A stretch of DNA of 34,424 nt from NCBI GenBank assembly GCA_016234345.1, contig JACRFG010000034.1:1-34424 (forward strand). Reading direction: 5' to 3'. Shown in pieces: positions 17,149-25,827 of the stretch. The notes under the pieces are model-generated. The model saw only the letters and a list, made by a program, of their open reading frames with translations, was not told the DNA's origin and did no database searches. The position numbers and the translations under genes are program-made. Numbering within the stretch: the first letter of the stretch is position 1; the number at the start of each line of letters is the position of its first letter. This stretch comes from Candidatus Jorgensenbacteria bacterium. GTDB lineage: Bacteria; Patescibacteriota; Minisyncoccia; UBA6257; GWB1-50-10.

Positions 17149-18504
17149 TTATAACACCACCGATTCTCCGAGCGAAGGAACTTCTGCTTCAACAGCCAAT
17201 TCATCTTTTATCTTTTGAGCCAACGGTACGGCTTGATCTTCTTCACCCTGCACAATAAAAAGTCTTTTGAGATTTAATCTCATAGGCGAAACCCACTTTA
17301 ATAACTGTGTTTGATCGGCATGAGCTGAATAACCGCTGATAGATTTTACCCGGCAACGAACCGGTATTTCATTACCGTATATGCGCACCGATTTTGCTCC
17401 ATCCAGAATTTGCCGACCTAAAGATCCTTTGGCTTGATGACCAACTATAAGAATTGAATTGCGATGATCGGAAAGATACTGTTCTTCGTGACGCAGAATT
17501 CTCCCCGCATTCGACATGCCCGATCCGGCAATGATAACTTTTGGTGGCGGTACCTCGCTTATTTCTTTGGATTGATGCCTGGTTAAGGTCATCCGGAGAC
17601 CCGGAAAATTGAAGATCGCATCCCCTTTCTCAATAAGGTGCATAGAATCGGAATTAAAATACGTGGGATCTTGAGAATATTTCTGGTACACCGAAGTAAG
17701 TCTTATCGCCAAAGGACTATCAATAAAAACAGGAATGCGGGGAATTCTGCCGTTTTCCACAAGTTCGTTTAATTCGAAAATCATTTCTTGCGTACGCTCA
17801 AGAGCAAAAGCCGGTATCATAAACGTTCCTTTGGTTTTAACCGTCTCTTCAATCATGTCTTCAAGAATATCCTTCCGTTTAGCCAGATCTTCATGCAAAC
17901 GGTTGCCATAAACCGATTCGATAAGAGCGTAATCGGCGTTTTCTATGTACTCGGTGGATTTTATAAACGGCGATGGATTATTGCCCAGATCTCCGGAAAA
18001 CACTATTTTCTTTCCTTCGGCCTCAATGAATATGGAAGCGGAACCTAAAATATGGCCGGCATCGTAAAATTCGATAACAAAGTTTCCAATAGTAACCCGG
18101 TTATGATATGAAACCTTATGCCACAAAGGCATAAGACGGATAACATCATTAATATCATAAAGCGGCGGCCGTTTATGCTTCTCAGCTTCCTCATAAAGAA
18201 TGTGTTCGGAGTCCAATAACAAAACCTCGCTAAAATCTTTGGTTGGTGGGGTTGAAAATATTTGGCCGCGGAAACCAGCGCGGTAAAACTGCGGCAGTCG
18301 ACCGACGTGATCAATGTGGGCATGAGTTATGAAAACCGCTGTAATTTCACTCGGCTTATAAGGAAATGGCTCGAAGTTCTGTTTTTCAGAATATGAACCC
18401 CCCTGATGCAAACCACAATCAATTAAAATTTTGGTGTCACCGGACTCAAGTAAATAATTGGCTCCCGTAACCGACCGGGCACCGCCACAAAAAGTTAATC
18501 GCAT
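17149..18504 (-). CDS. MBL-fold beta-CASP ribonuclease
   Basis: VTGANY, THAHIDHVG, AGHILGS, SGDLG, ESVYG, AGSGM, YSAHAD. Confidence 0.92.
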   Translation of the reverse strand: MRLTFCGGARSVTGANYLLESGDTKILIDCGLHQGGSYSEKQNFEPFPYKPSEITAVFITHAHIDHVGRLPQFYRAGFRGQIFSTPPTKDFSEVLLLDSEHILYEEAEKHKRPPLYDINDVIRLMPLWHKVSYHNRVTIGNFVIEFYDAGHILGSASIFIEAEGKKIVFSGDLGNNPSPFIKSTEYIENADYALIESVYGNRLHEDLAKRKDILEDMIEETVKTKGTFMIPAFALERTQEMIFELNELVENGRIPRIPVFIDSPLAIRLTSVYQKYSQDPTYFNSDSMHLIEKGDAIFNFPGLRMTLTRHQSKEISEVPPPKVIIAGSGMSNAGRILRHEEQYLSDHRNSILIVGHQAKGSLGRQILDGAKSVRIYGNEIPVRCRVKSISGYSAHADQTQLLKWVSPMRLNLKRLFIVQGEEDQAVPLAQKIKDELAVEAEVPSLGESVVL

Positions 18505-18574
18505 AATATATTAGCTATTATATGCTCAATTGTTTCGAAAGAAAAACCTAGATAGATTATGTTTATCGATTATC

Positions 18575-18603
18575 TTGACATTCTATCAATAGTAGTATAT
18601 TAT
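18575..18603 (+). promoter_or_regulatory. sigma70 promoter
   Basis: TTGACA-17-TATTAT. Confidence 0.7.
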
Positions 18604-18641
18604 TATAATTAGTACTTAACAAACTCTGCGGAGAAAACATC

Positions 18642-18941
18642 ATGATGTCTGACTTCTTATCCGAACAACCAGGTTCGTTCATGTTCTGGTTTCAAATTGT
18701 ATTCAGTATTGTTGGAAATTTCTGTCTTTCTTATTTCTTCCCCTCTCGCCGTTTACAATCAATAAAATGGCGAACTCGTGTTATTGGAAACGCATTTCCT
18801 GCAATAGTAATACCCTTCGCTCTTATTTTCTTCTTCAATACCCAACCACTACTTTCATGCGCTATCGGCTTTGCCTTTTTTGTAGGCGGAACGGTGGCCG
18901 ATCTTATGCTATATGCAAAAGAAAGGGGTAAAATATTGTGA
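18642..18941 (+). CDS. hypothetical 3-TM membrane protein
   Basis: Three hydrophobic stretches; GGAG SD. Confidence 0.65.
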   Translation: MMSDFLSEQPGSFMFWFQIVFSIVGNFCLSYFFPSRRLQSIKWRTRVIGNAFPAIVIPFALIFFFNTQPLLSCAIGFAFFVGGTVADLMLYAKERGKIL

Positions 18942-19216
18942 AACAGAATCCAGAAGTATTTGTAGAAACAGTTGCCTCTGATGGTTCTTCGGTAAAAATA
19001 TGGGCTGGGAGTGTATTCTTTGTTTTTGGTTTAGATGAAAAGGGCCAACCGAAAGAATTGTCTCGTGGAAGCTTGAGCCAATATTTCGATCGTAGCGCCC
19101 TCCGAACACCACCCAAACTCTACGCCGACGCCATAAAACAAGCCGCAGGAATCTTGAGAGATCGAAGAAAAACCATTAAGGTCAAATCATTGCAACTATC
19201 ATTCGTATTTTCATAA
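18938..19216 (+). CDS. hypothetical protein, 92 aa
   Basis: GTGA overlap with the upstream ORF; followed by a terminator. Confidence 0.65.
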   Translation: MKQNPEVFVETVASDGSSVKIWAGSVFFVFGLDEKGQPKELSRGSLSQYFDRSALRTPPKLYADAIKQAAGILRDRRKTIKVKSLQLSFVFS

Positions 19217-19240
19217 AGCCCCATGTTTCATGGGGCTTTT
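19215..19240. terminator. intrinsic terminator, likely bidirectional
   Basis: AAAGCCCCATG-ttt-CATGGGGCTTTT. Confidence 0.85.
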
Positions 19241-19290
19241 GTGTATTACACCAAAACACTTAATCGTTCTCATGGATTTAAAAGAGGACC

Positions 19291-20574
19291 TTAAATGCTT
19301 TTATTGCTAGTGTTTTTTAAAGCTTCTTCCACAGCACACCGTTCACTCCAAGAAATCTTTTTACCGCGCGCCACATGAATCCATCGCTCGCTACCCTTGC
19401 CTGTAATCACTACCACATCTCCTTTTTTAGCGATGGAAACGGCTTTTTGAATAGCCTCCTTGCGATCAAGAACGCAGAAATAATGATCCGGCCTCAACCG
19501 AGGATGGTCAATCTCAAGAAAACCGTCCTCAACTTCTTTTATTATTTCCATAGGATCTTCGTCGTAAGGATCTTCGTTGGTTAATATAATTTTGCTGCAA
19601 TGGGTTGCGGCAATTTTACCCATAGCCGAACGTTTCCACTTGTCACGACCTCCGCCAGCCGACCCCAAAACACAAATTAATTCTCCTCCTGATCGCGGAG
19701 TAAGGGCTACCGGATCAAGTGCTTGATACACTTTCTCAAGCGAATCCGGCGTATGCGCATAATCAATCACCACAGAAAATGGCTGCTTCTGAACAAATTC
19801 AAGCCGGCCGGGAACACCACGAAAACTATCGAGAGCGCGCTGGATACTCGGCCAATCAACTCGTAAAGTGCGTGCAATCGCAACCGCTGCAGCCGCATTC
19901 TCAAGATTAAAATCAGCCAAAAGCCAGTCGCCTATGACGCGACGGCTCGCTTGAGACCTCAAATCATAATGCCGTCCTAATTCCTCTTTTATGAAACGGT
20001 CACGGCTGAAAAAATTTATTTTGGCATCGGGTACCCGACGAGCAGCTTCTTCAAAATAGTGGTGATTTGCGTCGTTTTCATTAATAAAAAAATGCTTCGT
20101 TGTTTTCTTTGATTTGGCTAAATACCGGAAAAAATCTACCTTAGCTTCGCGATATTCCTCAAATGATCCGTGAGACTCTATGTGTTCCGGCGCCAAATTA
20201 ATAAAGACTGCCGCATCCCAATCAATAAAACGGTGGCGGTGCTGTGTTACGCCCTGAGAAGTAACTTCAATGAGCGCGAACTCGCATTTGGCCTTAACCG
20301 CGTCTTTCAAAAAACCTTGTATGGCCAACCTCCCCGGCATGGTGTTATCCGAAAGGTTGGCCGCATCATGCGCACACACTTTTCGGCGCACCGAAGAAAG
20401 GAGCGCTGTCCGCTTGCCAGCCGCCTCAAGCGTAGCATTGATAAGTTCAAGTACGGTTGATTTACCTTTGGTGCCGGTAACGCCTATCACAAAAAGTTTG
20501 CGACTCGGAAAACCGAACAATAAATTACCTAAAAAAGCCAGGATTAAGTGATAATACGATTTAATAAATTGCAT
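19291..20574 (-). CDS. murE: UDP-N-acetylmuramyl-tripeptide synthetase (lacks N-terminal domain)
   Basis: GVTGTKGKST, EVTSQG, NLAPEHIESHG, VPGRLE, DYAHTPDSL, GGGRDKWKR, GKGSE. Confidence 0.9.
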   Translation of the reverse strand: MQFIKSYYHLILAFLGNLLFGFPSRKLFVIGVTGTKGKSTVLELINATLEAAGKRTALLSSVRRKVCAHDAANLSDNTMPGRLAIQGFLKDAVKAKCEFALIEVTSQGVTQHRHRFIDWDAAVFINLAPEHIESHGSFEEYREAKVDFFRYLAKSKKTTKHFFINENDANHHYFEEAARRVPDAKINFFSRDRFIKEELGRHYDLRSQASRRVIGDWLLADFNLENAAAAVAIARTLRVDWPSIQRALDSFRGVPGRLEFVQKQPFSVVIDYAHTPDSLEKVYQALDPVALTPRSGGELICVLGSAGGGRDKWKRSAMGKIAATHCSKIILTNEDPYDEDPMEIIKEVEDGFLEIDHPRLRPDHYFCVLDRKEAIQKAVSIAKKGDVVVITGKGSERWIHVARGKKISWSERCAVEEALKNTSNKSI

Positions 20575-20577
20575 GGT

Positions 20578-21162
20578 TTAGGCATGCCGTGGGCGACCAA
20601 GTTCTTTAAGGGCTAGTTTTAGCTTATCTTCTACTGTTTTAGCCTCTCCTACCTGTTCCAAAGCTTGTCGCACTTCATGCCTAGAGTATCCCAATCCCGT
20701 AAGCACGTCCTCTGCTTCTTGATTAATGTTGATTGCTTGAACCGCTGTTTTTGAACGGGAATTTTTTATTTTACTTTCGAGATCAAGTATGATGCGCTCG
20801 GCTGTTTTTCGACCAATGCCCGAGGCATGCGTTAAAAGATCGCTTCTTTTTTCAATAATCGCGGCCATAATATTAGGGACGGAGTCAACATCAAGAACAG
20901 ATAATGAGGTCCTAGGGCCAACTCCGGCCACCGCATTCAAAAGCTCAAAAAGCCTAAGTGCTTCTTCTTCCAAAAACCCAAAAAGCTCTATCCTCTCTTC
21001 GCGAACATATAAAAAAGTATAGAGATCTATCTCGCTACCCAATGACGGAAGCTTGGTTAGTGTTCGATTGTTGGTAGTTACCTTAAATCCAATGCCGCCA
21101 ATTCGTACCACCAAAAGATTTTCACCGCACTCAACTAATTCACCGTGCAAAGTGTAGATCAT
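20578..21162 (-). CDS. ruvA: Holliday junction branch migration protein RuvA
   Basis: MIYTLHG, YVREE..LFGF, VAGVGPR, GIGRKTAERI, LTGLGYS. Confidence 0.95.
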   Translation of the reverse strand: MIYTLHGELVECGENLLVVRIGGIGFKVTTNNRTLTKLPSLGSEIDLYTFLYVREERIELFGFLEEEALRLFELLNAVAGVGPRTSLSVLDVDSVPNIMAAIIEKRSDLLTHASGIGRKTAERIILDLESKIKNSRSKTAVQAININQEAEDVLTGLGYSRHEVRQALEQVGEAKTVEDKLKLALKELGRPRHA

Positions 21163-21205
21163 CTTTTTTACATTATATATTAGAAAAGGCCTAGCTGCAC
21201 TCACC

Positions 21206-21234
21206 TTGACGCCATGCTTAATTTACTCTATCTT
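21206..21234 (+). promoter_or_regulatory. sigma70 promoter
   Basis: TTGACG-17-TATCTT. Confidence 0.6.
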
Positions 21235-21281
21235 GATCAAAGCCTTAATTTTATTTAAAAACAGACCAAGGAGACAATAAA

Positions 21282-21674
21282 ATGTCGACAAAACAAGCCA
21301 AAGAAAGCATAGAAATAAAATGCGTCTTCTGTCCGGATACAATATTCGTACCCGTATATATACCTACAGATAAAAATCTGCCGGTCTTACCACAATATTT
21401 TGAAAAGCGCTCTGGGCTTTCGGGACGAGATCCGTTCCTCGGTTTTTATATATTCAAAGAAAATGGGTTCGGCGTACAACTGTATAACCCCGAATATAAC
21501 CCGAAACTACCGGAACGCCCAATCGTTCCAAGGCTCGGCCTTGGCAAAGGGTTGGTTTTTTGGCTCTGCGACCATTGTAAAGATTTATTGAATCACGACC
21601 TAGAAAACATCTGGAGCGAGATTATAACCTGTAACCAAAAATACGTAGAATTTCGCATAAGAGGGGCAAATTAA
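21282..21674 (+). CDS. hypothetical protein with two CxxC motifs
   Basis: CVFC and CDHC; SD AAGGAG. Confidence 0.7.
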   Translation: MSTKQAKESIEIKCVFCPDTIFVPVYIPTDKNLPVLPQYFEKRSGLSGRDPFLGFYIFKENGFGVQLYNPEYNPKLPERPIVPRLGLGKGLVFWLCDHCKDLLNHDLENIWSEIITCNQKYVEFRIRGAN

Positions 21675-21691
21675 TGCCTCTCTTTATTTTT
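21659..21691 (+). terminator. intrinsic terminator
   Basis: AAGAGGGGCA-aattaa-TGCCTCTCTT followed by TATTTTT. Confidence 0.7.
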
Positions 21692-21702
21692 AGTTTTTGT
21701 AG

Positions 21703-21731
21703 TTGACTCAAAAAGCGTACATCGCTATAGT
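21703..21731 (+). promoter_or_regulatory. leaderless promoter of rpsT
   Basis: TTGACT-17-TATAGT-7 nt-ATG. Confidence 0.75.
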
Positions 21732-21738
21732 AAACGTT

Positions 21739-22005
21739 ATGCCAAGAATAGCTTCAGCCAAAAAAGCTCTCAGGCAAAACGTCCGGCGCCGAACCCGTAA
21801 CCTAGAACGCCAGAAAAATCTTAAAACAGCCTTAAAAGATTACCGTAAGCTTCTCACAGGCAATAAAACCGAGGAAGCCAAACGATATCTTTCTAGCGTC
21901 TATAAGACACTCGACAAAATGGCTAAGGTTGGTTTTATCAAAACCGGCAGAGCTAATCGCCTTAAATCAAGGCTTTCTAAAAAACTCAAGACAGATAAGA
22001 AATAA
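21739..22005 (+). CDS. rpsT: 30S ribosomal protein S20
   Basis: MPRIASAKKALRQN, DKMAKVGFIK..RANRLKSRL. Confidence 0.95.
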   Translation: MPRIASAKKALRQNVRRRTRNLERQKNLKTALKDYRKLLTGNKTEEAKRYLSSVYKTLDKMAKVGFIKTGRANRLKSRLSKKLKTDKK

Positions 22006-22025
22006 CGGTTTGGGGATCTTTGCGC

Positions 22026-22835
22026 CTATTTACCGATGGCAAAATCGGTCAACGCTTCTTCGTACTCTAGAGAGCCACTTTTTATCGATATATCATAATC
22101 AGCCAGAAGATTAATATCATTGCTCCGGGCTTGATAAGCCATTGAATTAAAAATATACGCTGGAGCATCACCTTGAACCAATGCCTGTTCAAGTAAACAT
22201 AGTTTTTTTGAAACTTGAGAAGTTCCCAAAAATTCTCGAGCCAGACCAAAAACTTCGCTCCGCGGCAACCATTGAACCAGCGAACGTAGATCGAGTAATG
22301 TGATTGGTTGAGAAAAATTAGCCAACGAAATTTTGTCTAATTCATTAATCAACATCCAACTACGGTTTTCAAGTGATTGAACGTATTCGAAGAAAAACCG
22401 TTCCGCCTCCGGAGCAAATACAAGATTCCTTATAAAGGATTCTTTTTTTATAAAACTTTCGAGCAAGCGGCCATCGGGATAATCAAATAATTGTGATTTA
22501 ACTGGATCTTTGAGCAGAAAAGAAAACTTTTTGGTTGGTTTGTCTTCGTCGGAAATTATAACAAAAGTCTTTGTTGTTTTAATTTCAGCCTTAAGAGCTG
22601 AAACCCATTCCGGTTCATCGACTGATCCACCATCTTTCACTATTAAAACTTTCGATTCTACGAACATTGAAGGCTGTGACAAAAAATTCTTGGCTCGCGT
22701 CCAATCAACCGAATCATGACCTAAATCAACTCCATAGAGATCAATAACTTGATTCTTCCTACGATATTCTGAAATAAATTCTTGTGTTTTTTTATGACGC
22801 CGGTACGAATCCGAACCGTAAAGATAAATGATCAC
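22026..22835 (-). CDS. holA: DNA polymerase III delta subunit, divergent
   Basis: IIYLYGSDSY, SQPSMF..KVLIVK, NELDKISL, VFGL; next to rpsT; GTG start at 22835. Confidence 0.75.
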   Translation of the reverse strand: MIIYLYGSDSYRRHKKTQEFISEYRRKNQVIDLYGVDLGHDSVDWTRAKNFLSQPSMFVESKVLIVKDGGSVDEPEWVSALKAEIKTTKTFVIISDEDKPTKKFSFLLKDPVKSQLFDYPDGRLLESFIKKESFIRNLVFAPEAERFFFEYVQSLENRSWMLINELDKISLANFSQPITLLDLRSLVQWLPRSEVFGLAREFLGTSQVSKKLCLLEQALVQGDAPAYIFNSMAYQARSNDINLLADYDISIKSGSLEYEEALTDFAIGK

Positions 22836-22905
22836 TGAATAAGTATAAAACAAAGCCCCCCCGCCTTCGAATGAAGTGTGGGAGGGAATTAATCGATTTT
22901 GCAAA

Positions 22906-23847
22906 TTATTTGTTCTTAGCTGTCTTCTCGCCTGATATATCCATGGTTCCTACAATCGGCACGCCCATCGGGCCAACCGGAAGATAAATAGTCGTATGAT
23001 TCGGGGAATTAACCATTGCTTTCTGAGCATCAATGGCTTCATGCTGAAGATACTGTGATGTAAGTCTGGCATTGATGATCTCCATAGCTTTAGCAATCCC
23101 CTCGGCATCAACGATCCGTTTTTGTTTCTCTTTCTCCTGAATCTTAATCTCGATATCTTTCCGTTCCAATTCTTGGGAAGCGGCTAATTTTTGTGCTACC
23201 GCGTTTGATACCTGCGGCGGATACTGAATGTTCCCGACAACAACGTTTGTAATCTCAAAAGGAGTGTTAATGAATCTTTTTTGAAGCCTCTCGGTAAGAT
23301 TCTTACCGATTTGATCAATCTTATCCTTGATCTCCAAGGCCCTTAAAGATTGGATTTCGCTACGGGCCATTGTCCGCAAAGGCTCTTTAAGATTGTTGTT
23401 GTAGGCAATTTGAGCAACTTGATCGGATTGCTGACCAGCCTCAAGAATAGTAAATCCTTCTACGAAGGATTGAATGCGTTCCGGATTTATCCTGAAAATG
23501 GTATGAATTTTGAAACTAACCTTCAGATTATCACTCGAGAGAACGTCTTGGTCATTCGAGAATTCTTCGGTATAGGTATACGGCGTGATACTCACATTAG
23601 TCACCTCATACATCCAGTTTCTACCAGGTGATCCCGGTCCTTTTTGAAGACCGATGAATTTGGCTTGCCCGAAAACCGCTCCTTGAGTAACGTACCCAAC
23701 ATAGCCAGCCGGCGTATAGGGATTTCCTGACCCCACAAACCAGACGATCGAAACAATGAAAGTAATGACTGCGAACACGATCGCGCCTATCATCATTCTC
23801 TTCCTGTTTCGTGTTTTCTGCTCTTCTTTCACATAATCATCGCTCAT
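22906..23847 (-). CDS. SPFH/band 7/prohibitin family membrane protein
   Basis: N-terminal TM, PAGYVG, VLSSDNL, VGNIQYP..V..AV..K, coiled coil, AEGIAKA. Confidence 0.88.
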   Translation of the reverse strand: MSDDYVKEEQKTRNRKRMMIGAIVFAVITFIVSIVWFVGSGNPYTPAGYVGYVTQGAVFGQAKFIGLQKGPGSPGRNWMYEVTNVSITPYTYTEEFSNDQDVLSSDNLKVSFKIHTIFRINPERIQSFVEGFTILEAGQQSDQVAQIAYNNNLKEPLRTMARSEIQSLRALEIKDKIDQIGKNLTERLQKRFINTPFEITNVVVGNIQYPPQVSNAVAQKLAASQELERKDIEIKIQEKEKQKRIVDAEGIAKAMEIINARLTSQYLQHEAIDAQKAMVNSPNHTTIYLPVGPMGVPIVGTMDISGEKTAKNK

Positions 23848-23918
23848 TGACTTACTTATCCTTTCTTACTTTTTAATGATTGATTTGATTAATTAGATTG
23901 TTAAGGATTGCAAAAACT

Positions 23919-23947
23919 ATTGTGCGTCAATATATTTTATATGTCAA
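23919..23947 (-). promoter_or_regulatory. sigma70 promoter of SPFH gene (-35 overlaps the mutM stop)
   Basis: TTGACA-17-CACAAT. Confidence 0.5.
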
Positions 23948-24822
23948 TGCCTCTGACATTTTGGACAAAAATGGGCTGAACGGCCACCGACCACAATTCG
24001 TTTGATCGGCTGCTTACAACGCGGACAAGGTTCGCCGGTTCGCTGATAAGCGTAACGAACCACATCATATCCGCCCCGCCGACCGCTTACGTCACGATAA
24101 TTATCAATAGAGCTACCATGAAGCGCAAGCGCTTTTTTTAAAATTCTCTTGATTGAGGCGTAAAGACGCTTTAATTGTGCTTCGTTTAATTTCTCGGCCC
24201 TACTTAAAGGGTGTATTCTAGCCAACCATAAAGCCTCATCGGCATATATATTGCCGATACCGCTTATAAAATCCTGATCCATTAACACTGGTTTAATTCT
24301 GCCTCGTTTATTATTGAATAGCGCTTTAAAATTCTTGTAATAAAAGGTTGGCTCGAGTGGTTCCGGCCCGAGTCCTTTTATTTCTGGTAATGAAATTATT
24401 GTTTGGGTAGGTCCAAAACGAACCTTAGCTAACCGACGGACATCCGAAAGACCAAGAGCTTCGTTGTTATCGAAAAACAATATTAACCGGAGATATTGAT
24501 TGATTTTATCCTCTCGAAGAGGCCCGCTTTTTAAGCTTAGCCATTTACCGTTAACCGACTTCCATTTACCAAAAAGCAAATGACCGGTAATTTTTTGATG
24601 TACTAGAAGCATACAATCATCGGAAAGGCTAAATAAAATGTTTTTACCGCGTCTTTCAATCTTTAAAATCTTCTTCCTTATAACGCATTTTCTAAGTGCG
24701 TTTTCTCCGCCGGACGCACGTAAGTATTTGCGCCAATCAGTCCATATTTTCTTTATCTTTCGACCAATAATGCGTTGTTTAAGACCACGAACAATTGTTT
24801 CAACTTCAGGTAATTCGGGCAT
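23944..24822 (-). CDS. mutM: formamidopyrimidine-DNA glycosylase
   Basis: MPELPEVETI, RRGK, GLGPEPL, GIGNIYADE, CPRC..GRSAHFCPKCQ. Confidence 0.95.
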   Translation of the reverse strand: MPELPEVETIVRGLKQRIIGRKIKKIWTDWRKYLRASGGENALRKCVIRKKILKIERRGKNILFSLSDDCMLLVHQKITGHLLFGKWKSVNGKWLSLKSGPLREDKINQYLRLILFFDNNEALGLSDVRRLAKVRFGPTQTIISLPEIKGLGPEPLEPTFYYKNFKALFNNKRGRIKPVLMDQDFISGIGNIYADEALWLARIHPLSRAEKLNEAQLKRLYASIKRILKKALALHGSSIDNYRDVSGRRGGYDVVRYAYQRTGEPCPRCKQPIKRIVVGGRSAHFCPKCQRH

Positions 24823-24840
24823 GCTTCTATTGTAAAACAT

Positions 24841-24868
24841 ATAGCCCCATTCTTCCGAATGGGGCTAT
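24841..24868 (-). terminator. terminator hairpin
   Basis: 12-bp stem ATAGCCCCATTC/GAATGGGGCTAT, followed by ATGTTTT on the minus strand. Confidence 0.7.
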
Positions 24869-24880
24869 TGATAAACATGA

Positions 24881-25696
24881 TCAATACATACGATGGAGGT
24901 CGCTGGGACCGAAAAGATATTGAACCGCGTGAGGATGGCTATCTTTGAGATTGCCTGCCTCAACATAAAAAGATCCATAATCTTTGGTACCACCGGTGTG
25001 TAAGAGGTCGCCACTTGGAGTCCGCTGCACAAATCGAACAACAAGCTTACGCTCAATACGGTAATCCCTATCGTTCGCATCAGCCGTAAAAAATACCTCA
25101 CCAGGTCCAACCACGTAAACGTCGGATGCGCCATCGATATCAACGTGAGCTTCGTAATTAGTTGCATTCGCAAACTGCTCACCGGTAATCGAACGAATCG
25201 GAAGTGTCGGAAACTTTATTTCCTTTGGCGCGTACAACACGGTTGCTGGATACGGACTCGCAGTACCCCAGTTTTGCCAATACTCAACGCGATTATCTAT
25301 ATAGACAATCTCGTTCTTGTAGAGCGGCCATTTCTCGATGAACTCTTGACCTGGCCCAGGATTACCTTGAACCCACAACACTTTTGCAGCCATTCCGATA
25401 AAATTCTTGTGGCAACTGTCGGAATATATCCGACGAACAATAGAGAGGGGCACTCTTTGAAAACCGGTGCTTACATAACCAAACGCTTCCTGACCGGGGT
25501 TTAGCCAACCCACGATTTTTCCCTCAACCACCACGTCTTCGTAAAAAGGCGTGTGGCTTTCGAGAACCACTCTGGTCTTCGGACCAATACCGAAAATCTG
25601 AGTCGGACCGGAAATAGTTACCTTGACGCCAAATTCGATTTGCGCTGACGCCATAAGAGGTATAAATAGAAAACTTAACAATATTAAGTGTTTCAT
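24881..25696 (-). CDS. hypothetical secreted protein
   Basis: Signal peptide MKHLILLSFLFIPLMASA|Q; SD AAAGGAG; beta-rich composition. Confidence 0.75.
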   Translation of the reverse strand: MKHLILLSFLFIPLMASAQIEFGVKVTISGPTQIFGIGPKTRVVLESHTPFYEDVVVEGKIVGWLNPGQEAFGYVSTGFQRVPLSIVRRIYSDSCHKNFIGMAAKVLWVQGNPGPGQEFIEKWPLYKNEIVYIDNRVEYWQNWGTASPYPATVLYAPKEIKFPTLPIRSITGEQFANATNYEAHVDIDGASDVYVVGPGEVFFTADANDRDYRIERKLVVRFVQRTPSGDLLHTGGTKDYGSFYVEAGNLKDSHPHAVQYLFGPSDLHRMY

Positions 25697-25747
25697 TTCT
25701 GAACTCCTTTGTTGGTTAATGAAAAAGAATGAAATTTACTAATATAT

Positions 25748-25820
25748 ATTATACTATAAAATCAACATTTGTCAAATTACCTGTATTTTCCTTGCATTTA
25801 AGGCGTTAAAAAGATACACT
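25748..25820. promoter_or_regulatory. divergent sigma70 promoters
   Basis: Minus strand: TTGACA (25775-25770)-16-TATAAT. Plus strand: TTGCAT (25792)-17-TACACT-7 nt-ATG of pilB. Confidence 0.7.
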
Positions 25821-25827
25821 GGATATA

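Noticed and set aside
10866-18565. Similar TAGAT(A)AGATTATG strings at about 10866 and 18549 near two cassette promoters
   Set aside because: Opposite orientation relative to their promoters and low complexity; probably chance.
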